Origin: Parasynechococcus marenigrum WH 8102
Lineage (GTDB): Bacteria; Cyanobacteriota; Cyanobacteriia; PCC-6307; Cyanobiaceae
Direction of reading: 5' to 3'
Assembly: GCF_000195975.1 (NCBI RefSeq)
Contig: NC_005070.1
Coordinates: 1,680,001-1,712,000 of the forward strand
Length of the DNA: 32,000 nt
A model generated the notes under the pieces. That model searched no databases, was not told the DNA's origin, and saw only the letters and a program-made list of their open reading frames with translations. Each line of letters starts with the position of its first letter. The stretch's first letter is position 1. The position numbers and the translations under genes were made by a program. This document shows, piece after piece, positions 16,303-25,388 of the stretch.

Positions 16303-16969
16303 GAAGACCGAAACGGTTGAAGGGCCAGAAGCGGAACACGGCCCGGCCGATGATCTCCTGCTCCGGCAGGAAAGCCCCACCTGGCCAGAAACGTCCGTCC
16401 CAACTGTTGCGGCGGTTGTCACCCAACACGAGCACCGAGCCCTTGGGAACGGTGACGTTGAGTGTTCGACAGGGACTCATTCCCTGCTGATTGACCAGGC
16501 AGGCCTGACCCACATAAGGCTCCTCGATGCGCTGTCCGTTGAGGGTGACCGCTCCACTGGGGCTGACCTCAACTCGATCGCCGCCAATGGCGATCACCCG
16601 CTTGATGTAGGCGTCGCAAGCGGGATTGCCCAGTCCAGGGATCAGGCCGAGCAAGGGAAGGTTGACCAGGGCACAGCGCACCGCTGAAGGACGCACCGGC
16701 GTCTTCAAGGCCGGGTCAAAGGCATAGGGGGAGTTGAAGACGACGATCTCTCCACGCTTCGGGGGGCGTGATCGGTAAGTGAGCTTCTCCACCAGCAGCC
16801 GATCCTGGATCTGAAGGCCAGGCAGCATCGACCCTGAGGGGATGTATCGAGCTTCAACCAAGACCTGACGAATGCCCAGATACAGGGCGAACATGAAAAG
16901 AATTGGCCCCCAGAAATCCCAGAAGGGATGTTGATTTCCCGCGTTTGTCTTTGAACGATCGCTTGCCAA
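16292..16969 (-). CDS. lepB: signal peptidase I
   Basis: It has a TM helix, then the catalytic Ser box IPSGSMLPGL, then the Lys box YIKRVIAIGGDRV, then GDNRRNSWDGRFWP. It has a TTG start. Confidence 0.9.
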   Translation of the reverse strand: MASDRSKTNAGNQHPFWDFWGPILFMFALYLGIRQVLVEARYIPSGSMLPGLQIQDRLLVEKLTYRSRPPKRGEIVVFNSPYAFDPALKTPVRPSAVRCALVNLPLLGLIPGLGNPACDAYIKRVIAIGGDRVEVSPSGAVTLNGQRIEEPYVGQACLVNQQGMSPCRTLNVTVPKGSVLVLGDNRRNSWDGRFWPGGAFLPEQEIIGRAVFRFWPFNRFGLLND

Positions 16970-17003
16970 CTGGCCCTTTCCGGGGAAATCTGGCCCACGA
17001 TAG

Positions 17004-18551
17004 ATGGGATACCGAGCCTCTTCTCCTGAGCTCCTTGATCAGCCGATGATCCGTCCCCGCTGGCACGGGCTATCCCGATCCACCCGTTGGAGCTCCTGGC
17101 GCCGATGGGACCAGGCGATCGCACTGCTGGCCGCCACGAACCTGGCCTGGGTGATTTTCGATGTCTCCTACATCCCCCTGCGCAACTTCTGGCTGCAACG
17201 GAATCTCTACCCGCTGCCAACGCTGCCATTGGTGGTGCCGCTGCCCTGGCTGCCGGACATCACCCCGGTCTATGACCGGATCAAGGGCATCGAACCGCAC
17301 CGGGACACCCAGAGGTATCTCGAGCAGTTCCAGGTGTTGGATCAGGCCCTGAGCAGCCCTGCTCAGTCGCCGGCGACGGTGAACCCACTGCTGGAGCGAC
17401 AACGCCAGCTCACGCTGGGCATGTTGGAGGCCAATCCCTTCCTGAGTTCTGGCAACACCGGCGCGCTGGAAAAAATCAAGAACCGGCTGCGAGCCCATGC
17501 CGGCCTCGAATCCGCCCGACAATCGGCATCCTTGTTGTTCGACCCGGATCACATCAAGGGGGTCGAATGGAGTCAGGAACGAGCGTTCTGGCGCACGCAG
17601 ATCCTGCCGCTGGTGGAGACCAATTACTGGCGAAGCCTTGACGACAGCGGCCAGCTCACGGATCTCAGCTGGAGAATCGACACTCCATTCCAGCTGCTGT
17701 TCCTTTTCGACATTCTGCTGCGAACCCTGCGGCTGAAACGGCGCTACCCCGCCATTCGCTGGCGGGATGCCCTGCTGCGTCGGTGGATTGATCTACCCCT
17801 GCTGATTCCTTTCTGGCGACTGCTGCGGATCGTTCCTGTAACCGAACGTTGTTCCGTCTCAGGACTGATCCAGCTGGAACCACTGAGGGCCGTTATCAGC
17901 CGAGGCGTTGTGGCGCTCCTCGCTCTGGAGCTGTTTGAGGTGATCACCATTCGCGTGGTGGATGCCCTGCAGCAGATCATCCGATCACCCCAGCTGCCGC
18001 AGCGAATTCGGGGTTTTTGCACGTACCAGACCACGGACCAGAACGACCAGCGTGAGCTGTTGGAGCTGTTGCGACTCTGGGTGCCTCTGCTGCTCACCCG
18101 GGTGGGGCCTTCACTACGGCCTCAACTGGTGGCCTTGCTGAGCCATGTGCTTCAACAAGGCATGACCAGCCGGATCAGACCCGACACACTGCAACGACTT
18201 CCAGGCCTGCTGAAAGCGGAATCTGAGCTCAGTCGGCAGCTGGCCAGTGGCGTGATTGATTCCATGCTGGATCTCTCCAGAACCACCGGAAGCCGTCTGG
18301 GTCAGCACGATCAAGCCCTTGATCAACTGGGGACCGATGCGCTGGATCGATTTTGGGAAGAGCTGGCCAGAGTTTTGGATGACGGGCCTGTGCTGGAACA
18401 AAGCCAGACGCTGCTGGCGTCGTTTCTGGAGGACATCAAGCGCTCAAGCTTCCGTCAGCTGCGTGATCAAGGGGGAGTGGATGACTTGATCAACGAACTG
18501 GATGGACTGAATTTCAGCCCTTCAACTGGGCCTGCCAAACCTCCTCTTTGA
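17004..18551 (+). CDS. hypothetical membrane protein with a voltage-sensor-like (S3-S4-like) segment and a long helical C-terminal region
   Basis: 515 aa. The hydrophobic segments are AIALLAATNLAWVIFDV, FQLLFLFDILLRTLRLKRR, WIDLPLLIPFWRLLRIVPV and VVALLALELFEVITI. No family was recognised with certainty. The start could instead be the ATG at 17046. Confidence 0.6.
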   Translation: MGYRASSPELLDQPMIRPRWHGLSRSTRWSSWRRWDQAIALLAATNLAWVIFDVSYIPLRNFWLQRNLYPLPTLPLVVPLPWLPDITPVYDRIKGIEPHRDTQRYLEQFQVLDQALSSPAQSPATVNPLLERQRQLTLGMLEANPFLSSGNTGALEKIKNRLRAHAGLESARQSASLLFDPDHIKGVEWSQERAFWRTQILPLVETNYWRSLDDSGQLTDLSWRIDTPFQLLFLFDILLRTLRLKRRYPAIRWRDALLRRWIDLPLLIPFWRLLRIVPVTERCSVSGLIQLEPLRAVISRGVVALLALELFEVITIRVVDALQQIIRSPQLPQRIRGFCTYQTTDQNDQRELLELLRLWVPLLLTRVGPSLRPQLVALLSHVLQQGMTSRIRPDTLQRLPGLLKAESELSRQLASGVIDSMLDLSRTTGSRLGQHDQALDQLGTDALDRFWEELARVLDDGPVLEQSQTLLASFLEDIKRSSFRQLRDQGGVDDLINELDGLNFSPSTGPAKPPL

Positions 18552-18867
18552 AGCCCACCAAGACCTGCCCGTCAGGTGCAACGACAAACGGTCGCTTGAT
18601 CAAGCGACCATCCGCAACTAAGGCATCGAGTGCTTCGTCGTCGGTCATGGCCTTGACGACTGCAGCTCCCAGTGCCCTGTAGCTCTGTCCGCTGGTGTTG
18701 AACAGTGGGCGACGGTCACCAAATTGCTCCTTGGCCTTGGCCAGGGTCGGACGCGAGGGCGGGTCAACTGTGATGTCGATCACCGTGTGCTCCAGGCCAG
18801 ACTCCTTTAACCAGGACAAAGCCCGTCGACAGGTGCTGCAGCGGCTGTAGCTGTAAACCTGAAGCAT
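18514..18867 (-). CDS. ArsC/Spx-family thioredoxin-fold protein (YffB-like)
   Basis: MLQVYSYSRCSTCRRALSWL carries the N-terminal CxxC. LFNTSGQSYR and LIKRPFVV are typical of the ArsC family. It is 117 aa. Confidence 0.75.
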   Translation of the reverse strand: MLQVYSYSRCSTCRRALSWLKESGLEHTVIDITVDPPSRPTLAKAKEQFGDRRPLFNTSGQSYRALGAAVVKAMTDDEALDALVADGRLIKRPFVVAPDGQVLVGFKEEVWQAQLKG

Positions 18868-18878
18868 GTCTGCTGTGC

Positions 18879-19238
18879 TCAGCGGCCGAACAGCGACTTG
18901 ATGGCACCGATCAGACTGTTAGAGCCACGGCCGACGCCCTCAGCAGGGCGGGTGCGAACCGTGACATCACCATTAACGGTGGTCCGGCAGCTGAGACGGA
19001 AATTGGCCGGGCGGTCAGCAAGATAAACCTCCTCAACGTCGCTGCGAGGGGAGAGGTTGGCCTGTCCTTCCACCACTTCCATCACACAGGTGCCGCACTG
19101 GCCGACACCACTGCAGTTGTTGAGGTTGTTGACACCGTTGTATGGATTGATGCCGGCGTCAAGGGCAGCCTTGCGGAGGTTCGCGCCTTCGATGCATCCA
19201 ACCTGCTGGCCTTCCTGCTCAAATCGGATGGTGGGCAC
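18879..19238 (-). CDS. 2Fe-2S ferredoxin-like protein
   Basis: The Cys pattern is C-x5-C-x2-C (CSGVGQCGTCVMEV) plus a distal Cys (RLSCRT), in a 119-aa protein. It has a GTG start. It lies 11 nt upstream of the ArsC-family gene. Confidence 0.75.
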   Translation of the reverse strand: MPTIRFEQEGQQVGCIEGANLRKAALDAGINPYNGVNNLNNCSGVGQCGTCVMEVVEGQANLSPRSDVEEVYLADRPANFRLSCRTTVNGDVTVRTRPAEGVGRGSNSLIGAIKSLFGR

Positions 19239-19309
19239 GGGTCGTACGGAGTCTCAAGTGCGCACCAACCTACAAGCATCTGGCCTGTGATCTGCAGTTG
19301 GGCGACGAA

Positions 19310-19819
19310 TCAATTGGCGGCTTGGATGCACTGGTCAAGCAGTGCCGGAACAGAACCTGCATCTCTCCAGCCGCTGACCTCAATCGAACGCCCCTCAAAG
19401 CTTCGGCAAGTCCTGAAAAACTCAGCCACTTCCTCCAGTTGAGCTGGGGCGATTTGGCGGATGCTGTGGATCTCCCGCTGTCCAGGGTCAGCATCCGGGA
19501 CGCACAGCAATTTGGCATCGTCGACGTTGTTGTCCTTGAGCTCAAGCAAACCAATCGGTCGCGCACGGATCAGACAACCCGCGTACGTCGGCTCGGCCAT
19601 GATCACCATCGCGTCCAAGGGAGATCCGTCGGCAGCGAGGGTGTTGGGAACGAATCCGTAATCGAAGGGGTAACGGATCGAGGAATGAAGGACGCGGTCC
19701 AGCACCATCAACCCTGTCGAGTGGGAGAAGCGATATTTATTGCGGCTTCCAGCGGGGATCTCCACCAGAAGATTGACCAGGCCTGAGGACGGTGAGGGGG
19801 ACAGGCGGCTGAGATCCAT
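19310..19819 (-). CDS. ppa: inorganic pyrophosphatase (family I)
   Basis: VEIPAGSRNKYRF, YPFDYGFVPNTLAADGSPLDAMVI and DAKLLCVP are family I motifs. It is 169 aa. Confidence 0.92.
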   Translation of the reverse strand: MDLSRLSPSPSSGLVNLLVEIPAGSRNKYRFSHSTGLMVLDRVLHSSIRYPFDYGFVPNTLAADGSPLDAMVIMAEPTYAGCLIRARPIGLLELKDNNVDDAKLLCVPDADPGQREIHSIRQIAPAQLEEVAEFFRTCRSFEGRSIEVSGWRDAGSVPALLDQCIQAAN

Positions 19820-20021
19820 CGCGATCGAGTGCTGTCGGCATCAGCCGGGTTGGCAGCGAGCCCCGGTCTGAGATCACCGAGAGCATCGGAGCTGTGATGC
19901 TGAGCAAGGCGATCGACAGACCTGCCATGACAAGGGATGGTGAACCCGGACTGAACGGTTCCTCTTGCTCCTCGTGGGCGGGTGGTTCGCTGTGAAAGGG
20001 TTGGTCTTGGTCTGAAGCCAT
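19737..20021 (-). CDS. hypothetical small protein with one TM helix; its 3' end overlaps the ppa start out of frame
   Basis: From the ATG at 20021 it reads MASDQDQPFHSEPPAHEEQEEPF...LVMAGLSIALLSITAPMLSVI. The ORF does not stop until 83 nt inside ppa. There is no family match and it could be spurious. Confidence 0.3.
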   Translation of the reverse strand: MASDQDQPFHSEPPAHEEQEEPFSPGSPSLVMAGLSIALLSITAPMLSVISDRGSLPTRLMPTALDRDGSQPPVPLTVLRPGQSSGGDPRWKPQ

Positions 20022-20093
20022 GCTCTGGAACACGCTGAAGCGTGTTCGCGTCTATTCACAAAGTTCTAACCAATTCTGTCACTGATCCCGGCC

Positions 20094-20558
20094 TCACGCA
20101 GCGGGCCTGTCCTGACGGTCACGAAGCTCCGTGAAATCAGACGCCTGCTGATCAAGCCCCTCAAGGTGGGAACGGATTCCCCTCAGCTCCTCGAGGATGG
20201 AGCCGAGCATCTGCTGAGTAGCCGTAGACGGTGAGTTGAGAACCTCCACCGTGACTTCTTTAATACGGAGGACGTCCTTGGCAAACCGGGCCACCTCATT
20301 GGGGTGGAATAGGAGGGGATCTTTCTGATCACTGCGGTATTCGGGGTTCAACTTCCGTGGGTTGAACGGCGGGTTGAGATTGCGAGGATCGGTGTTGGTG
20401 TAGCGGTACACCGAAGCTCTCGAACGATTCAGCGATTTCTGAACGTCGTCAATGCCAACCAGGGCCTCGGCATCGGTCGAAGCAACCGCCTGATCAAGGG
20501 CAATTTCAACCGATGATTGAATGTGGGAATTCACTGATTCAACCGATCGAGGAAACAT
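20094..20558 (-). CDS. hypothetical protein with a resolvase-type helix-turn-helix
   Basis: From the ATG at 20558 it is 154 aa. IDDVQKSLNRSRASVYRYTN resembles the resolvase/HTH_7 recognition helix (..S..tvYRy). The longer ORF to 20735 would overlap proS. Confidence 0.6.
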   Translation of the reverse strand: MFPRSVESVNSHIQSSVEIALDQAVASTDAEALVGIDDVQKSLNRSRASVYRYTNTDPRNLNPPFNPRKLNPEYRSDQKDPLLFHPNEVARFAKDVLRIKEVTVEVLNSPSTATQQMLGSILEELRGIRSHLEGLDQQASDFTELRDRQDRPAA

Positions 20559-20704
20559 GAGACGGCCCTTGGACACCCTGGACTGAGCGGACGGTAGCAG
20601 TCGAGACTCAGGTCGTACAGCGGTTTTCCGGGGGGCGAGACAGTTGTGTGATCGGCATACTTCTGGATCGGTGATAGCTTCTCGAATTATCTGAAAGTTC
20701 GGCC

Positions 20705-22486
20705 ATGCGCGTCTCCCGCCTGATGCTGGTGACATTGCGCGATGTGCCAGCTGAAGCCGAAATCACATCCCACCAGCTGCTGTTGCGTGGAGGGTTCATT
20801 CGCCGAGTCGGCTCTGGGATCTACGCCTATCTGCCGATGATGTGGAAGGTCTTGCAGCGCATCACCACGATCATCCGCGAGGAAATGAATCGTGCTGGTG
20901 CTCTTGAAACTCTGTTACCCCAGTTGCACCCCTCAGAGCTCTGGCAACGCAGTGGCCGTTGGCAGGGGTACACGGCCGGCGAAGGGATCATGTTTCACCT
21001 GGAGGACCGCCAGGGGCGCGAACTGGGTCTGGGACCGACCCATGAGGAGGTGATCACCAGCCTGGCGGGCGAGCTGCTGCGCTCCTACCGGCAACTTCCC
21101 GTGAACCTTTATCAGGTGCAGACGAAGTTCAGGGATGAGATCCGCCCCAGGTTCGGCCTGATGCGGGGGCGTGAATTCATCATGAAAGATGCCTACTCCT
21201 TTCACGCCGACGAAGCCGATCTGCAGGCGACCTACGCCGTGATGGATCAGGCCTACCGACGCATCTTCGAGCGCTGCGGACTCGAGGCAGTGCCTGTGGA
21301 TGCCGACAGCGGCGCCATCGGTGGTGCCGCCTCCCAGGAATTCATGGTCACGGCGGAAGCTGGCGAAGACCTGATCTTGATCAGCGATGACGGTGCCTAC
21401 GCCGCCAACCAGGAGAAAGCCGTGTCGATCCCCGACGCGGTCGCTTCCCTACCCCCTGCAGCACTCACCCTCCTCAAGACCCCGGGACAGACCACGATTG
21501 AAGGGCTCTGCACAGCCCAGGCCTGGCAGCCCGGGCAGCTGGTGAAGGTGCTGCTGCTGTTGGCACAGCTTGAGGATGGCCAACAACAACCCGTATTGGT
21601 GTCCCTGCGGGGGGACCAGGACCTGAATGAGGTGAAGCTGGTGAATGCGGTGAGTCGCCGCAGCGAGCAGGGCGTTCTCGACTGCCGACCGATCAGCCCA
21701 GACGATCTTCAGCGACAAGGGATCAACACCATTCCCTTCGGATTCATCGGCCCGGATCTTGCCGATAAGGTGCTGGCTGACGCCTCCAGCTGGACGACCT
21801 CATTTCTTCGCCTGGCCGACACCACTGCAACGGAGCTGGAGCAGTTCCACTGCGGCGCCAATGCTGAAGACCAGCACCGCAGCCACTGCAGCTGGGGTGA
21901 CCTGGGTGGGGCTCCACAGGGTGAAGACCTACGCAAGGCCCGTGCAGGGGAGCGCTGCGTGCACAACCCGGACGCCCGACTGCAGGAGAAGCGGGGCATT
22001 GAGGTGGGCCATATCTTCCAACTTGGGCGTAAGTATTCCCAGGCTCTCGACTGCTGCTTCACCAACGAGAACGGCCGTGATGAACCGTTCTGGATGGGTT
22101 GCTACGGCATCGGCGTCTCACGCCTGGCCCAGGCAGCGGTGGAGCAGCACCACGACGATGGCGGCATCCGCTGGCCCGCCGCCATCGCTCCCTATGAAGT
22201 CATCGTGGTGATCGCAAACAATCATGATGACGCCCAAACCGATCTCGGAGACACGGTGTACGCAACGCTCCTTGAGGCGGGCATCGATGTGCTGCTGGAT
22301 GACCGCAAGGAACGGGCTGGGGTGAAATTCAAAGATGCCGATCTGATCGGCATTCCCTGGAGGCTGGTCATCGGCCGCGACGCCGCCGAAGGCACCGTTG
22401 AACTGGTTCAACGGTCCAATCGCGAGATGCGCAAACTGCCCCACGGCGAAGCGATCGGCGAACTGCTGAAGGCCCTGCGCCCTTAA
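20705..22486 (+). CDS. proS: proline--tRNA ligase (bacterial type with an inserted editing domain)
   Basis: MRVSRLMLVTLRDVPAEAEITSHQLLLRGGFIRR, FRDEIRPRFGLMRGREFIMKDAYSF (motif 2) and GCYGIGVSRL (motif 3). It is 593 aa. Confidence 0.95.
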   Translation: MRVSRLMLVTLRDVPAEAEITSHQLLLRGGFIRRVGSGIYAYLPMMWKVLQRITTIIREEMNRAGALETLLPQLHPSELWQRSGRWQGYTAGEGIMFHLEDRQGRELGLGPTHEEVITSLAGELLRSYRQLPVNLYQVQTKFRDEIRPRFGLMRGREFIMKDAYSFHADEADLQATYAVMDQAYRRIFERCGLEAVPVDADSGAIGGAASQEFMVTAEAGEDLILISDDGAYAANQEKAVSIPDAVASLPPAALTLLKTPGQTTIEGLCTAQAWQPGQLVKVLLLLAQLEDGQQQPVLVSLRGDQDLNEVKLVNAVSRRSEQGVLDCRPISPDDLQRQGINTIPFGFIGPDLADKVLADASSWTTSFLRLADTTATELEQFHCGANAEDQHRSHCSWGDLGGAPQGEDLRKARAGERCVHNPDARLQEKRGIEVGHIFQLGRKYSQALDCCFTNENGRDEPFWMGCYGIGVSRLAQAAVEQHHDDGGIRWPAAIAPYEVIVVIANNHDDAQTDLGDTVYATLLEAGIDVLLDDRKERAGVKFKDADLIGIPWRLVIGRDAAEGTVELVQRSNREMRKLPHGEAIGELLKALRP

Positions 22487-22511
22487 AGTCCCGCTCAATC
22501 TTTCCAGTTCC

Positions 22512-22937
22512 ATGATCTCCGCCCTGGCCCGACTGATCCAGCAACTGTCCAGGGCAGCGGTCGCCCTGGTTCTCGGACTCTGCTTGCTGCTGACCGCCTG
22601 CAGCGGCGATGCTGAGGCCCGTCTCACGGGTGATTACGTCGAGGACACGATTGCCGTGGCTCACAACCTGCGTGAGGTGATCGATCTGCCCCAGGACGCC
22701 GCCAACCGTGGTGAGGCGGAATCCGAAGCCCGGGCCTTGATCAACGACTACATGTCCCGCTACCGGCCTCAACCCCGGGTGAACGGTCTCAGCTCCTTCA
22801 CCACAATGCAGACGGCGTTGAACTCCCTTGCCGGTCATTACGCCTCCTACGCCAACCGTCCTCTGCCGGAAGCCCTGCACGACCGCATCGCCAAGGAACT
22901 CGGCAAAGCTGAGAAGTCCGCTGTCCGAGGCAGCTGA
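22512..22937 (+). CDS. psb27: photosystem II lipoprotein Psb27
   Basis: It has a signal peptide with the lipobox LLTAC, then LTGDYVEDTIAV and SFTTMQTALNSLAGHY. It is about 140 aa. Confidence 0.8.
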   Translation: MISALARLIQQLSRAAVALVLGLCLLLTACSGDAEARLTGDYVEDTIAVAHNLREVIDLPQDAANRGEAESEARALINDYMSRYRPQPRVNGLSSFTTMQTALNSLAGHYASYANRPLPEALHDRIAKELGKAEKSAVRGS

Positions 22938-23024
22938 AGCAACGGTTTGATGAGAGGTCTTTGACAGACCACCACGGGGTCCGACATAGTCGCGGATTGT
23001 GCAGATTCGCGGCTTCGGGCCGCA

Positions 23025-24344
23025 GTGTCATTGGCCAACGTTGTCGTCATCGGAGCTCAGTGGGGTGACGAAGGAAAAGGAAAGATCACCGATCTCCTCA
23101 GCCGCTCCGCCGATGTGGTCGTTCGCTACCAGGGTGGTGTGAATGCAGGCCACACGATCGTCGTGGACGACCGTGTGCTGAAGCTGCATCTGATCCCTTC
23201 CGGAATCCTTTATCCGGAAACGATCTGCCTGATCGGGTCCGGCACGGTCGTAGATCCCAAGGTGATGCTCGGTGAGCTGGACATGCTCATCGCCAACGAC
23301 ATCGATATCTCTGGCCTGCAGTTGGCCTCCACGGCCCACGTGACCATGCCGTACCACCGCCTGCTGGATCTGGCGATGGAGAAGCAGCGCGGCGACCGGC
23401 GGATCGGCACCACCGGCCGCGGCATCGGACCCACCTACGCCGATAAATCCCAGCGCAGCGGCATCCGTGTGATCGACTTGCTGGATGAAGCACGGCTGAG
23501 GGAACGTCTTGAGGGACCCCTTCAGGAAAAAAACCAACTGCTGGAGACGATCTACGGCGTCGAGCCCCTCGATGCGGAGACCGTGATCAAGGAGTACCTG
23601 GGCTACGGCAAGCGCCTGGCCCCCCACGTGGTGGAGTGCACCCAGGCCATCCACCAGGCGGCAAGAGCCCGCAAGAACATCCTGTTCGAAGGCGCCCAGG
23701 GCACCCTGCTGGATCTCGATCACGGCACCTATCCCTACGTCACCTCCTCCAATCCGGTGTCCGGTGGGGCCTGCATCGGTGCCGGCGTGGGACCGACGTT
23801 GATCGACCGGGTGATCGGCGTGGCCAAGGCTTACACCACCCGTGTCGGCGAAGGCCCCTTCCCGACGGAGCTCAGTGGCCGACTGAACGACCAGCTCACC
23901 GAGCGTGGCGGCGAATTCGGCACCACCACCGGCCGTCGGCGTCGCTGCGGTTGGTTCGACGGGGTGATCGGCCGTTATGCGGTTCAGGTGAACGGCCTCG
24001 ACTGCCTCGCGGTGACCAAGCTCGATGTGCTGGATGAGCTGGATGCCATCCAGGTGTGCGTGGCCTACGAACTGGATGGGGAACGCATCGAACATTTCCC
24101 CAGCAGCGCCGAGGACTTCGCCCGCTGCAACCCGCTTTTCGAGACCCTTCCCGGCTGGCAGTGCTCCACCGAGGACTGCCGCAAGCTCGAGGATCTGCCG
24201 GACGCTGCCATGGCCTACCTGCGCTTCCTCGCTGATCTGATGGAGGTGCCGATCGCGATTGTCTCCCTGGGTGCCAGCCGGGATCAGACCATCGTTGTGG
24301 AAGATCCGATCCACGGCCCCAAACGGGCTCTGCTCAGCGCCTGA
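23025..24344 (+). CDS. purA: adenylosuccinate synthetase
   Basis: [32 protein letters not shown] and [13 protein letters not shown] are canonical motifs. The start is GTG at 23025 or TTG at 23031. Confidence 0.95.
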   Translation: MSLANVVVIGAQWGDEGKGKITDLLSRSADVVVRYQGGVNAGHTIVVDDRVLKLHLIPSGILYPETICLIGSGTVVDPKVMLGELDMLIANDIDISGLQLASTAHVTMPYHRLLDLAMEKQRGDRRIGTTGRGIGPTYADKSQRSGIRVIDLLDEARLRERLEGPLQEKNQLLETIYGVEPLDAETVIKEYLGYGKRLAPHVVECTQAIHQAARARKNILFEGAQGTLLDLDHGTYPYVTSSNPVSGGACIGAGVGPTLIDRVIGVAKAYTTRVGEGPFPTELSGRLNDQLTERGGEFGTTTGRRRRCGWFDGVIGRYAVQVNGLDCLAVTKLDVLDELDAIQVCVAYELDGERIEHFPSSAEDFARCNPLFETLPGWQCSTEDCRKLEDLPDAAMAYLRFLADLMEVPIAIVSLGASRDQTIVVEDPIHGPKRALLSA

Positions 24345-24383
24345 TCCGCTGGAGGCCATACTGCGGGCCCCTGTGACCCCGCC

Positions 24384-25388
24384 ATGACGCGCTTCCCCAG
24401 CACCTGCAGCCTTGATGTGGTGGGCATCGGCAACGCAATCGTGGACGTTCTGGTTCAGACCGATGACGCCTTTCTGGCGCAACACGGACTCCAGAAGGGC
24501 GGGATGGCGCTGATCGATGAACAGCAGGCGGAGACCCTGTACACCGCCAGTGGGCCAGGTCTGGAAACCTCCGGAGGTTCCGTGGCCAACACCATGGTGG
24601 GAATTGCCCAGCTGGGGGGACGGGCCGGCTTCATCGGACGGGTGCGAGATGACCAGCTCGGTGGCATCTTCAGCCACGACATCCGCGCCGTCGGTGCCCG
24701 CTTCGACACACCTGCTGCCACAACGGGAGCCACCACAGCCCGCTGCCTGATCTACGTCACCCCGGATGCGGAACGCACGATGTGCACGTTCCTTGGCGCC
24801 TCCACCCAGCTGGAGCCAGAAGACCTGGACCTCTCGATGGTGCGTGACACCAAGGTGCTGTACCTCGAGGGCTACCTCTGGGACAGTCCGGCGGCCAAGC
24901 GGGCCTTTATTGCCGCGGCGGACGTTTGCCGTGAGGCCGGCGGTCAAGTCGCCCTTTCACTGTCCGACGGCTTCTGCGTGGACCGGCACCGCGAGAGCTT
25001 TCTCGAACTTGTGAACGGTCATGTGGATGTGCTGTTCGCCAACGAGGTGGAGATCAAATCCCTCTACGAAACCGACGACTTCGACACCGCTCTGAAGAAG
25101 GTAGGCGGCTGCTGCTCGGTGATCGCCGTCACCCGTGGTGGGGAGGGATCCGTGGTGCTCAGCGGTGATCAACGCTGGGACATTGGCATTTTCGGCCTGG
25201 GCGAGCTGGTCGACACCACCGGGGCCGGAGACCTCTACGCCGGCGGTTTTCTGCACGGCTACACCCAGGGAGAATCCCTGGGACGCTGTGGTCAACTGGG
25301 GGCCCTCTGTGCCGGGCAGATCGTCACCCAGCTGGGGGCTCGTCCCCAGGTGTCCCTGCGGGAGCTGGCCGCAGCTCATCTGAACTGA
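24384..25388 (+). CDS. pfkB-family carbohydrate/adenosine kinase
   Basis: It has the N-terminal GG motif region (TSGGSVANT) and the C-terminal DTTGAGDLYAGGFLHG pfkB signature. Confidence 0.8.
   Translation: MTRFPSTCSLDVVGIGNAIVDVLVQTDDAFLAQHGLQKGGMALIDEQQAETLYTASGPGLETSGGSVANTMVGIAQLGGRAGFIGRVRDDQLGGIFSHDIRAVGARFDTPAATTGATTARCLIYVTPDAERTMCTFLGASTQLEPEDLDLSMVRDTKVLYLEGYLWDSPAAKRAFIAAADVCREAGGQVALSLSDGFCVDRHRESFLELVNGHVDVLFANEVEIKSLYETDDFDTALKKVGGCCSVIAVTRGGEGSVVLSGDQRWDIGIFGLGELVDTTGAGDLYAGGFLHGYTQGESLGRCGQLGALCAGQIVTQLGARPQVSLRELAAAHLN

Noticed and set aside
17502-17513. GGCCTCGAATCC, which resembles a tRNA T-arm (GGTTCGAATCC).
   Set aside because: It lies inside a long ORF (HAGLESARQ). There is no acceptor or anticodon stem complementarity around it.
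20559-20735. A longer HTH-protein ORF (213 aa) overlapping the proS start.
   Set aside because: The extension overlaps proS divergently and looks non-protein-like (MSPASGGRRAWPNFQ...). The ATG at 20558 is the first Met after it.
22956-22970. The GGTCT-TTGAC-AGACC hairpin after psb27, considered as a terminator.
   Set aside because: The stem is 5 bp with no U-tract, which is too weak to call.
23028-24947. A 639-aa minus-strand ORF spanning all of purA and half of the kinase gene.
   Set aside because: It lies antisense to two genes with unmistakable motifs. Its translation is Gly/Ala/Arg/His-rich low-complexity sequence with no motif. Long stop-free antisense frames are expected opposite GC3-rich genes.
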